64,000 bases of DNA from Camelus dromedarius (taxonomy: Eukaryota). This document shows, one piece after another, positions 1-11,160 of the stretch (the stretch's first letter is position 1; every line of letters begins with the position of its first letter). Below the pieces are notes generated by a model. It was not told the DNA's origin and made no database searches. It worked only from the letters and a program-made list of their open reading frames with translations. Both the position numbers and the translations under genes were made by a program. Location of the stretch: positions 31,188,001 to 31,252,000 of the forward strand of contig NC_087436.1 in the NCBI RefSeq assembly GCF_036321535.1, read 5' to 3'.

Positions 1-49
1 CTGCAACGGACATTTTGCTACCTTAAAGAAAAAGCCTCAAGAGCAATCC

Positions 50-460
50 TGTGTTATTAAATATTTAACATTCGGTTGTTTTTTCTGCAGGAGGTGGGAG
101 TGCGGGGGAATTCTTACATATAGCATTGGCTGATTTCCTTGGCGTAAATACCTCCATCACACTCTATTTAAAGGCCACAGTGTGATATCATCTAACACCA
201 ACTTAAGAAAATAGGTGCAATAAACTCACCATTATATAGTACTTTCACCACACAGTTAACGATAGATATAAATAACCTTATGTGCATTGATAATAAATAC
301 AGTAAAATAATTAGGAAGTGATGAGTTTTGGAGTATTTATTACCTTTTGAAAATAATGTCATTGTTCACAAAATTTTTAATAATTGCTATTTCACAACCA
401 TCTCACTAATTCCTAAAAATTTAACAATTGGCTCTTTTAAACTGCTCCAGCATACCACTA
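50..460 (-). mobile_element. MER63-like non-autonomous hAT-Blackjack DNA transposon
   Basis: The right end, read on the minus strand, is tagtggtatgctggagc...gagccaattgttaaatttttaggaatt, matching the recalled MER63 terminus. The left end has the related aaatatttaacattcgg. Confidence 0.6.
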
Positions 461-639
461 CTCAAGAGAACCCCAGAGATTCAGTCCTAATAATATTAAG
501 CAACCAAATCATTGCTAAAATTAGTCTACTCCAAACTTTGTGTTACCTTGAAAAGCAAACCTAGGTTTGACTAAACTACTTAGTCAAGTTTTCTGTTACT
601 TGTAGATTAGGCATTCCTAACTGATATACCCATTAAACT

Positions 640-905
640 CTTTTCTGCCTCAGTCTTTTTGCTGATTTCACACTTCCCCACTGACAGGACCCCCAGTATT
701 CATGAGGCTGGCTCCTTCTCAAAACTCAGGTTCTAGGCCAAAGTCATCCCCCAGAAACAGCTTCCCTAATCACCTATTTAATGCCTCTAACTTTTTATTA
801 CATTCCCTTGTTTTATATTACCCTACTGCAATATCTGAAACTATAATTTCTTTGCTTGTTTATTGCCTATTTCTCTCATCAAAGGAAAAACTCTTTAACA
901 GGGAA
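640..905 (+). mobile_element. L2 LINE 3' fragment
   Basis: ggctggctccttctc...aggccaaagtcatccc...cttccctaatcacc...ttgtttattgcct is typical of the L2 3' region. Confidence 0.55.
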
Positions 906-1143
906 CCACTGAACTTGCACAGTAGGCAAGGTTATAGTGAAAACATAGCCAGTGTGGTTGAGAGATAGGTTACACTGAGCAAATAAGTAAAATACTGAGA
1001 ATAAAGGGAGTCGATGTTCTCAACAGCAGAAAAGATTTGTAAACATGGAAAGAGGGAAGTCTGGAAAGAGCTCTGAGGTACTGGAATAGAATAATAAGTA
1101 TTGGTATAGACTCATGATTTTATAATATACATATATTACAGAT

Positions 1144-1482
1144 TGTCTTAGTCCATTTGGGTATACTATAACAAAAGACTGGGTTTCTAATAAGCAACAG
1201 AAATTTATTTCTCACAGTTCTAGGGGCTGGATGTTTGAGATTAGCCCTTCCACCATGGTCAGACAAGGGCTCTCTGCTGGGTTGCAGACTTCTCATATCC
1301 TCATATGGTAGAAGGACCAGGGAGCTCTGTACGATATCCTATGTAAGAGTCATAATCTCATTCATGAACTCTCCTCCCCTAGGACCTAATCACTTCTCAA
1401 AAGCCCCTCTTTTTTACACCATCACACTGGATGTTAGGATTCCAACATGTGAATTTGAGAAGAACACATTCAAACAATTGCA
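1144..1482 (-). mobile_element. MLT1A0-like MaLR solo LTR, inside an old L1 3' UTR remnant (~950-1600)
   Basis: TG...CA termini, plus the MLT1 motifs tgtcttagtccatttgg, aacagaaatttatttctcacagttct and ccaacatgtgaattt. Confidence 0.75.
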
Positions 1483-1629
1483 CTGGTACATACAGAAATA
1501 TTATAGATGTATACTGGTCAGAAACACAAAAGAGTGTTATATACATATATATGTTTCCTATCTCTGTTCGCTAAGAGGGCATAAAAGCATTGGTACTCTA
1601 ATGTTATTGTTTCAATTTCCTCAAATCTA

Positions 1630-2458
1630 GATGGCTATATTCTCATTTTTGCTTCTGCTTTCAATCTGTTGTAATATGTTATTGTGCTTTAAGAATGTAA
1701 TGAAAATCTAGCCTCACACAGATATGTAGTTATAAATGGTAGAAATATTTTGATAGTCTTTTCAGATACTCACAGATATTCTACTTTGATACTACACTAA
1801 AACTCAATAAATGTTAGTTCTTAAAGATTAGCTGAAATGTGGAATCTGAACCTTTCTCAATGAATTTTTGTAGTGTGTTTCATTAAAATCCATTGGTCTA
1901 ACATGAACTTTAAATGAGTTCTTAATCATGTATGATTTTTGTAATACCATTTAAATGTTGGTCACTTGAAAAATATTGCTTTATTGAGTTAAGGAGATCT
2001 TTCAAGTATTGCATATTTTATTATAAAATATCAAAAACCACATTTGTGAATATCACTAGTAATCTTGACAGAAAAGCCAAGCTGGAAAGCTGTCACATTC
2101 ATGGATGACAGGTAATTAAATTTTCCAAAAGTTCTAATTCTTATGTCAAAGTTTGAATTTTCTCATTGGCAAGAAATTGTTGCTATAGTTGTTTACATTC
2201 ATGTAGCAAGATCACTTCATTTATTTTCAGGAAAATCTTTGCCAATACTTTAGTCTAAATAATGAAAATTTTACTGTCAGTCATTCTTTCAAATAAAAAT
2301 CATATTCCATAAAAAAGTGGTTAGTTCAACTTATAACTCAATCACACAACTGTGAAGACAACCACCATATTACAATATACAGTAAAAAAGATGCTACATA
2401 TATATGTTTGTACACTTTCTACTTCATTCACCAGGTATGAAAAAGATGTGTATTCAAG
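1630..2458 (-). mobile_element. Charlie1-like hAT transposase remnant
   Basis: Long match to the recalled Charlie1 internal sequence (gcctcacacagatatgtagtt; aatgtggaatctgaa; cattaaaatccattggtcta). Degenerate, with no ORF. Confidence 0.75.
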
Positions 2459-2460
2459 CC

Positions 2461-2979
2461 CACAAGCAAAAGACTGAAGTTGGACCTTTACATCATGCCA
2501 TATACAAAAATTAACTCAAGTGCATCAGACTGACATGTAAGAGCTAAATCTATGACACTCTTAGAAGGAAACATAGGAGAAAAGCTTCATGATATTGGCT
2601 TTGGCAATGATTTTAGATATGACATTGAAAGAACAGGCAACAAAATAAAAAATTAGATAAATTGGATAACATCAAACATGAAAATGTGCATCAAAGAACA
2701 CAATCAATAGAGCAAAAAGGGAACTCAAAGAATGAGAGAAAATATTTGCTAATCATGTATCTGGTTATTGGTTAATATGTAGAATATATAAAGAATTCTT
2801 ACAACATAACTACAAAAAAAAAACTCGATTAAAATATGGGCGAAGGATTTGAAAAGATATTTCTCCAAAGAAGATACATAGATGGCAAATAAACACATGA
2901 AAAGATGTTTAACATCAATAATGATTAGGAACATGCAAATCAAAACCACAATGAAATACCATCTCATACCCACTAGGAC
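2461..2979 (+). mobile_element. L1 ORF2 fragment
   Basis: tatacaaaaattaactcaa...atgcaaatcaaaaccacaatgaaataccatctcatacc. The antisense ORF 2749..2973 is the usual L1 antisense peptide. Confidence 0.9.
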
Positions 2980-3049
2980 AGTCTTCTCCCATAGCCCAGG
3001 AATTAAAGCATTATTTGTTTAAGCCTGTCAGGGTACATCTTATTTTTTT

Positions 3050-3480
3050 CATATTCTACTTTCTTTTTCAGGTTTCTTTGCAACTAAAAACAGTCATGTG
3101 ACTCAGTCCAGTCAATGAAGTAAAAATCTTTTGTGAAATTTTGGTGAAGGCTTTTTTATCCTCACTTTGTCTGGAGGACAGATGTAAGAATAAAACTACT
3201 GGTGTCATCTCTTTCTTCTTCCCTTAAACATAGGTGTGATTCCAGAAGCTGTGTCAGCCATCTTGTGACCCAACAGTAACAAACATGAAAATAAAAAGCC
3301 AACACGTTAAACCAGGTGAAGCAGAAGGATATAAAGAGCTTGTTCATGATTCTGTTATTAAACCATGAGGCCAATCTTGATTTCCTGCTTCTGCATTTCA
3401 TATTATGTAAATAACAAAGTTTTATGGCTTAAGGCACTGTTTCTTGGATTTTCTGTTACTTGAAACTGAACACATCTTTA
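3050..3480 (+). mobile_element. Old MaLR LTR (MLT1K/L-like)
   Basis: cagccatcttgtgacc...aagccaacacg...ttttctgttacttg. A similar 3' end occurs at ~565-628. Confidence 0.55.
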
Positions 3481-3786
3481 TGGATGAAAACTCTTTAGTT
3501 AGCAAATTTGAAACAGTAAATCAAGAGCCAAGATGGATAGCCATTATCCCTGTATCAAATTTCTAGTAGACCATCTACTGTTAGGAAGTTAAGTACATTA
3601 GACAGGTATCCTAATAATCTTGAACTGCAAACTAAATTTGACTAGAGCAATTATATAATTAAAAGAGGTTAAATACATTTTTGCACTTTGCGCAGTGATA
3701 AAGCAAAGCCAGATCTGAAGGAGTCTAGGCATCCTCCCACTCTGGCACCTATGGTATCTATTCACTTTCTTCCAGAGGTGACTCAC

Positions 3787-3834
3787 TCTAGCAGAAAGAC
3801 TATTAGCACCCAGGAAGACGGAATCCAATAGGTT
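3787..3834 (-). other. Candidate 48-nt exon
   Basis: ttttttaatag|AACCTA...GCTAGA|gtgagt in non-repetitive DNA. Two frames are open. Motif evidence only. Confidence 0.2.
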
Positions 3835-3889
3835 CTATTAAAAAATTACTCTAACATGACTTCCAGGTAAAATATGTACTCAAGTTTTA

Positions 3890-6660
3890 TTAATTATTCA
3901 TTGATAAATTCAATAAAAATTTGTTAAAGCTGACTATATGCCAAGCACTCTGCCAAGCATACATAGTGAATGAAATAAAGTTTCTGTCCTCATAATGGGG
4001 GAAAGAGAAAACTAAAAATGAAGTGAACAGGAACCAAATTCTAATCATGATGGTTCTCTGATAGAAACAGATGTAGTGAGTTCACAGAAAATGACTAATG
4101 GGTCGCAGGCAACTCCCTTTGACTGAAGGGATCAAGGATAAATTCTCATAAGAGGAGAAAGACGCATAAACTCAGAACAATGAGGACTCAGCTGTGGAAA
4201 GCACTGGGAAAAGCAGTGTTCCAGGCAGGAAAAAAAAAGAGTCGATGCCAAGATCCCAAAGTGGAGAACTTAAAGAGAGCTGCTACAGACAGAACTGTGT
4301 CCTCCCAAAATGTATATGTTAAAGCTGTCACTCCCTAAGTGATTGGATCTGGAAATATGGTCTTTCAGATGTAATTAAGGTTAAATAAGGTCATATGGGT
4401 ACGGCTCTAATCCAGTAGGACTGGTGGCCTTAAAAGAAGAGAAACAGAAAGAGATATCTCTCTGCCATATGAGGACATAGCAAGAAGGCTACATGCAAGC
4501 CAGGAAGAGGACTCTCACTAGATCCTGACCATGCAAGCACCCTGATCTCAGACTTTCAGCCTCCAGAACTGTGTGAAAATAAATGTCTGTTGTTTAGGCC
4601 ATCTAGTATATTATATCTTGAAATGGCAGCCCTAGCTGATTAAGATAGATTTGGATACCAAGAAGCGGTATGCTGCCATGGTAAACACCTAAATATGTGG
4701 AAGTAGCTTTGGAACTGGGTAGTAGGGTAAAGACTGGAAGAGTTTTGAGATGAGTGCTAGATATATGAATGTTTAAGGTGATTCTTGTGAGATCCCAGAT
4801 AAATATGAGGAACATGTTATTGAAAACTGGACGAAAGGCAATCCTTGTTACAAAGTGGCAAAGACCTTGATTGAACTGTTCTAGTGTTTTGAATAAGATC
4901 GAACTTGTGAGCAATGGAACTGGATATTTAACTGAGCAGATTTCTAACCAAAGTATTAAAGGAGTGGCTTGATTCCTCCTGACTGATTAGAGTAAAATGC
5001 AAAAGGAGAGAGATGAATTGAAGAAAGAATTGTTAAGCAAAAAGGAACCAGAATGTGAAGACTTAGAAAATTCTTAGCCTATCTAAATTACAAAAAAGAA
5101 AAAGAAAATAGAAAGCTTGCTTGAAAGAGAACACTAAGTGTGGCTGAACAACCATTTGATAAGGAGCTCATGAATGCAACTCGTGGAATAATCAATCATC
5201 ACAGCAGAAACCAGGTATAGTAATGGGATTATACAAGGAAAGACATTGTCGGTTTAAACAAAAGGGAATGGAGAAAGTAGGATAAGATGAAGGAAGGCTA
5301 CTGGACTTCTTGGATTCTGCAGGACTAGACTATAGAGCTTTTCAACTATAAACATGTGCTATTTTTCAAGGAAAGTGAAAAAAGATTCTTTAAGGCAATT
5401 CAGAGATCATCAGGGCTGCCACCCCCACCACAGGCTCAGGGCACAAGGCTGTTTCTTTCTTCTCGATTTCAAAGGGTCAGACCACATCTCAGGTTTCCAG
5501 AAAACCAAGATGACTTTGCCTAGTGCCTCAAGGGTGGGTCTGCCCTTGCAGAGAGCTGTGTGGACAGGGTCCCGGCAGAGAGCTAAAGGGATGGGGGCTT
5601 CTCAGAGAACAAAGAGGCAGAAGCCCTTGCAGAGAGCTGAAGCAGTAGGGAGGGCCACCCTGCAGAGCCAGGGAGCTGATGCTGCCATCCCCAGTGGGCC
5701 TGGAGGGTTAACGTTGAAACCAAAGAGGATTAACATTCAAACCAAAGAGGATTAGACTCAAGGCTTAAGCCCTAAAAGAATTTGGTCTTGCTAGGTTTTG
5801 GACTTTTGGGTTCTGTAACTTCTTTCTTCTTTCCAATTTTTCCTTTGTGGAATGAGAATTCTACTCTATGCATGACTAATCATTGTATACTTTAAGCATA
5901 TAAATTGTCTGATTTCATAGGTGTGTAGCTGTAAGGAATTTTGCCTCAGGGTGAATCATAACTTTAATACCACCCTTACATGATTTGGGTGATATTTAGA
6001 TAGACTTTGGACTTTACATTTTAGAGTTGATTCTGGATTGAGCTAAGACTTTTGGGGCTGTTGGGATGGAATGGATACATGTTGCATGTGATAAGGACAT
6101 GGATTTGGGGGGGCCCAGTGTGGAATGCTATGGATGGAACTGTATCCCTCTATGATTCATATTTTGAAGCCCTAACCCCCAATGTGATTGTATCTGGATA
6201 TAGGGTCTCTGGGAAGTAATTCAGATTAAATTAGTTCATAAGAGTGGGGCCTTAGTCCTGTAAGACTGTGGCCTTATAAAAAGAGGAAAAAAAAAAAGAT
6301 CTGTTTTTTCCTCCGGGTGGCCATCTGCAAGCCAGGAAGAGAGCTTTCACCAAAACCTGAGCATGTGGGTCATCCTGATCTCATACCTTCACTCTCCAGA
6401 CCTGTAAGGAAAACATATGCCTGTTGTTTAAGTTACCCAGACTATGGTATTTTGTCTTGACAGTACAAGATGATTAATGCAAAGGCCTTGCCTCTGAAAG
6501 ATAACATGTGAGAATTAAATCCAGAGAAGGTGAGGTTAATGACCAGAGCAAGCATCTGATTTTGTAGGATATAGTAAAGAATTTGAAGTTTATTTAAAGA
6601 GAATTGAAGCATTTAAGCAAGATGACATTAATCCTATTTGATTTTTTAAAGATCATATAG
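3890..6660 (-). mobile_element. L2 LINE split by the MLT1A insertion (pieces ~3890-4275 and ~6490-6660)
   Basis: Antisense L2 3' end (attcattgataaattcaataaaaatttgttaaagctgactatatgccaagcact) with colinear continuation after 6481. Confidence 0.6.
4281..6481 (+). mobile_element. Two-LTR MLT1A MaLR element (5' LTR 4281-4647, internal 4648-6125, 3' LTR 6126-6481)
   Basis: Two homologous LTRs both start tgcta and share tgcaagccaggaagag, cctgatctca and tgttgttta. The MaLR internal region starts gatttggatacca. A G-rich tract precedes the 3' LTR. Flanks agagc/aaggc may be a decayed TSD. Confidence 0.9.
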
Positions 6661-8764
6661 TGGGAGAAACTTTCCATTTCACAGAGTTTTTAAGAATTTT
6701 CTGTATTGTCATCACTACATTCTTCACTCATCAGAGGCAGAGGCACTTGGGCCAAGTTGCTAAATTTCAAATGAATTCTAAGAAGAATCCAAGTGAACAT
6801 CACAGACTATGGAAAGGTCACAGAGAGGATCTCAAACCTGACATAGCTTTTTAAATGATTTGATAATAGATATGCTTGCTGTTCACAACCAGCACTCTTC
6901 CATGCTATTGCCACATTCTCTTATCTATTTATAAACAATGTCAAATATCAAGAGTTTTATGAACTTCTAGGCTAGCAATACTTATAATCCCTCGAGTATA
7001 CCCTTTCTCCACTTTCCCAACATATATATTTAAGCTTGGAGGTCATTACAGGTGTGTGTTTGTCCAGTGAGGAGAAAGAATAGCACAAAAATATTAAGTA
7101 AATAGGAGGAGGATCTTTCCAAATGCCAAGCTTTTGCTAAATGCATAAGTGACTTGCTAGGCAAAACTGGTTGTCAGGTATATAAAGGGTATCATCATAA
7201 TAGGTAAAACCACCTCTCCATATCTTCTTTTTTAGAATAATGCATATTCTTTGTGGTTAAAAACAAAAAGAACAAACGAAAGCATAAAATCACTTAGCAA
7301 GCTGGTCCTGAGGCTGACTTGTTGGTTTGTGTTGGACAGGGATGTGGCTGACAGATCCTGATTTCAGAACCTCATTCTATTTTCATGAGATGGGACTAGA
7401 GATAGCCTCCTCCACTATACGTGTGAACATGCAAACACACAAAACCACAGCAGGCCTCTAGCTCTGCATAAATTGCTTTTTCTTATGGCTCATCTTGAAT
7501 CAGCCGCAGTTCATTTTGCTCCATATTCCAGTGATTACAGTTGGAATTACAGTGGCATTTCTTCAGTTTAGTTAACAGAGTGCCTGAGGCTTGTGTTCAG
7601 TTGCTATAATAGCAGATTCACCAGGGCGAATGTAAGTTTTCATAAGCAATCTCATCCAGGAGAGTCTGGGGACCACAGAGCCAGAATAAAGTCTGATCAG
7701 TATACTACTGTCTTCCTTTTCTCCTAATTTTCACCAGTAATTATAAAACTGCACAAGCTAAATGCTCTTTGTCAAAGAATATTCTTTGCTAAAAGGCTTT
7801 TATCAGATTTATCCCTTCAAAGCCATCAAAGCAAATTGGCTTCAATTTTTCTAATTTTAACATCCGAGCTACAGACGTAAGTTCATCAGCTCTCATGTCC
7901 AATAAAAATTTGGTCTAACAGACATTTTTTTTTCCCAAGATACACTTGGAGTCTAAATTGGTGGTAAATCTTTTCTAAGTTTTTCTTTTCTGTTAAACTG
8001 CCTTGCATGTTTTGGAAACATAATTTTTCAACTTAAATAGTCAGCACTGCAAGCACACACATAACCTAAGGAAGAATCAGCCCACCATGACTGTGTGCTA
8101 ATTCATACAGCCTGAGGAATGCTGAGAATCCTCACTAGCAACAATGGAGAAAAATACACAATTAAGAAACATTACATACTCTGGATTACATGGAATTGAA
8201 AACAAACATACTTGAAATTCTCTGGTGCTTCCTAAACGTTTTCTTTTTCTTTCATTTTTTTCCTCACTTTTATTAACTATGAATTTATCCTTATGTAAAA
8301 GATCTAAAAATAATACAAGTCAGGATGGAAGGAAAATAATCTTACAGAAATATCTAAATGGTTTCCTTTTTACTCCCTTGGAAGATGACTTCAGACAGGA
8401 ACACTGACTTTCTGAGTATGCAGCTATCTGTCGTCACCTTGTACCTATTTTTTCAGTAGCACTAATTTTAATCTTATGCTTGCAGCTTATTGAAGAGGTA
8501 GTTGCCTGAAAAATGAAAAACTTCACCAACTTGCGAAAGTCAGTGGAGAAAAATTTATAAGTCTTTAGGTAGTTAACTAAGAGCCTTAAAAAATAATACC
8601 TCCTGTATCCAGGTTATACTGAAACTTCCCTTGTGTTTCTGATAGTGAGTGGATTACTATGACTGATTACCTATCATATTTCAACTTTCTTCCATTCAAA
8701 TCCATAAATTTATTGCGAATCTTTGAAGTCCTAAGATTACAAAGAGGAGCAAACAATCATCACT

Positions 8765-8895
8765 ACTCTTATCTACCATATTTTGAGCCCTGGTTACATG
8801 CCAAGGTACATCTTTGCAAGTACTATCTTTTCTGATAGCCACAGCAACATCATGAGGCAGATATTGTTTCTATTTTACAAGTGAAGATACTGCAA
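8765..8895 (-). mobile_element. MIR SINE fragment
   Basis: Antisense MIR core: cacagcaacatcatgaggcagatattgtttctattttacaagtgaagatactg. Confidence 0.6.
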
Positions 8896-9031
8896 AGGCC
8901 TGGGCCCCCAGAGAGTTAGTTCTCAGGCGGTCAAGAATTGACAATGAGATAATTGTTATAGATTTGTCAAACTCAGGTATTCTGAAAAACTTATTTTTAA
9001 ACATTTAAAATTGAATATTAAAACATTAAAT

Positions 9032-9620
9032 ATGTTGAATTTTGTCAAATGCTTTTCTAACATCTATTAAAGACAGGTCATGTGGTTTTTATCCTTTGGT
9101 CTATTAATATATTGTATCACTCTGATCGATATTGAACCAATCTTGCATCCCAGGGATAAATCCCACTTGGTCATAATATATGATTGTTTTAATATGCCGT
9201 TGAATTCAGTCTGGTAGCATTTTGTTGAGAATTTCTGCAACAATATTCATCAGGTTATTGGCCTATAGCTTTCTTTTCTGTAGTGTCTTTTCCTGGCTTT
9301 GCTATTAGGGTAATGCTTGCCTCATAAAGTGAGTTTGAAAGTGTTTTCTGTTCTTCGATTTTTCAGAAGAGTTGGAGAAGGACTTGCATTTATTCTTCTT
9401 TAAATGTTTTGGTAGAATTCTCCAGTAAAGTCATCTGTCCCTGGACTTTTCTTTGTTGGGAGTTTTTCTGATTACTTATTCAATCTCCTTACCTAATTAT
9501 AGGTCTTTCAGATTTTCTATTTCTTCATGATTTGAGCTTGATAGATTTATGTTTCCAGGAATTTATACACTTCTTCTAGGTTATCCAATTTGTAGTCTCT
9601 TATAAGTAGTCTCTTATAAT
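9032..9620 (-). mobile_element. L1 ORF2 (RT region) fragment
   Basis: tgttgaattttgtcaaatgcttttct...cttgcatcccagggataaatcccacttggtcat is canonical antisense L1 RT sequence. Confidence 0.9.
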
Positions 9621-10117
9621 CCCCTCAAAGTCATAAAATTCTAGCTAGGAAAATATTTACTATCATATACCTCCTTTACTTTTTCTCTCTGTTCTCTCTT
9701 TCTCTCTCTCTTGCTTTTCTTTTTCTCTCATGGTCTCCTCACTCTCATTGGTGTAAACCAAATTTACCCAATTATGAAAATTCAGTCATAAACACACTGA
9801 GCCTTTTTCCTGAGACATGAGCCTCTTGAGACAATTTGTGGTCTCTGAGAGGCCTATGTGATTCAATCAAACTGTGAAACTTTGTGATGTTTTTAAAGGT
9901 AAATAAAGGTAATTTAATAATAATGTCAAAGCAATCTATATTGCTTTCATCTCTATGAAAAGTGCCTATATCCTTCATGTTTCATCTATGGTTTAATATC
10001 TTGAAAGTAAAGCCTTTATTGAGTCATTAAACTGTGGAATCTCTTCCTTTAGTAAGGCAAAAATAGTACTTGGTGAGGCCTTAATAAACAACCTGAAAAA
10101 TAATTAAGCAAGCAACC

Positions 10118-10495
10118 TCACTGACAGTAGCATCAAAAATAATAAAATAATTAGGAATAAACATAACCAAGGAAGCAAAAGTTTGTACACTACAAAATAC
10201 TGCTGAAATGCTGCATGATTCCACTTCTGTAAGTACCTGAAATAGTCAAAATCTTAGAAACAGAAATTATACTACTGGTGGTTGCCAGGGGTGGGAGGGT
10301 TGGGGTGGAGGATGGGATGGGAGAGTCACTGTTCTGTGTGTATAGAATGTTAGTCATGCAAGTTGGAAAAGTTCCAGAGACCTGCTAACAACAATGTTCA
10401 CATAGCTAACAACACAGTACTATATATAAGAAGTTAAATTAATTAGATCTCATGTTACGTGTTGCTTTGAAATTTTACCACAATTAAAAAAAAAA
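10118..10495 (+). mobile_element. L1 (L1MA/MB-like): short ORF2 piece fused to a 3' UTR with A-tail
   Basis: ttaggaataaacataaccaaggaag (ORF2), then ctgcatgattccactt...ggtggttgccagggg...ttttaccacaattaaaaaaaaaa. Confidence 0.8.
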
Positions 10496-10759
10496 GTGTA
10501 TGTCATGTGAAGGAAACAACAAACAGTTTATCCTACTGGAGTGAACAGTGAACAGTAAAGTTTTCAGAAATAAATCCAGAAAGCTAAGATGCAGCTGACT
10601 ATGAAGGGCTTTGAATTTGGAAAATATTAACCCTGTGGCCATGAACTCAGGCTGTTTCTCCTCAGTTCCTTTGTGATACTGTTCTTCCTCTACCCATTAT
10701 TTTAAAGGTGCTATTCTTTGAAATTTCACTTTTGCCAACTACACACTGTACTTGGTCAA

Positions 10760-11160
10760 TCTCTCCCACATTTGGAAACTCTGCTCCTTTCTATACTCAT
10801 CAATCTGAAATCTATTCTTCCAGCCAAGACCCCTTTCTTAAAATCAAAGTCTGTGTATCATACTGCATATGAAACCTCCACTTGAATGTAGCAGAGGCAC
10901 CTCAAACCCAACAGGCTAAATTTTAATTCCTCCTCGTCCTCCTCCTCCCACTACCACTATTCTATTCTCTATTGTTTTCCTATGTCCTCCATCTCACTAA
11001 ATGGCATTGTTCTTCCTTAGGGCTGAAAAACTGGCATCTACCTTACCTCCCATATCCAGTCTCCAAATCCTACTAAATCTCCTCCCAAATATCTCTATTT
11101 AGTCTATTCATCATGGCAGCCATTACTGGAATTCAGATTAGTATCAACACTCCCAGGACT
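10760..11160 (+). mobile_element. L2 fragment
   Basis: aggcacctcaaacccaaca; ccatctcactaaatggca; ccatatccagtc. Confidence 0.6.

Noticed and set aside
5354..5755. 133-aa ORF
   Set aside because: Inside the MLT1A internal region and kept open by a GC-rich tandem array.
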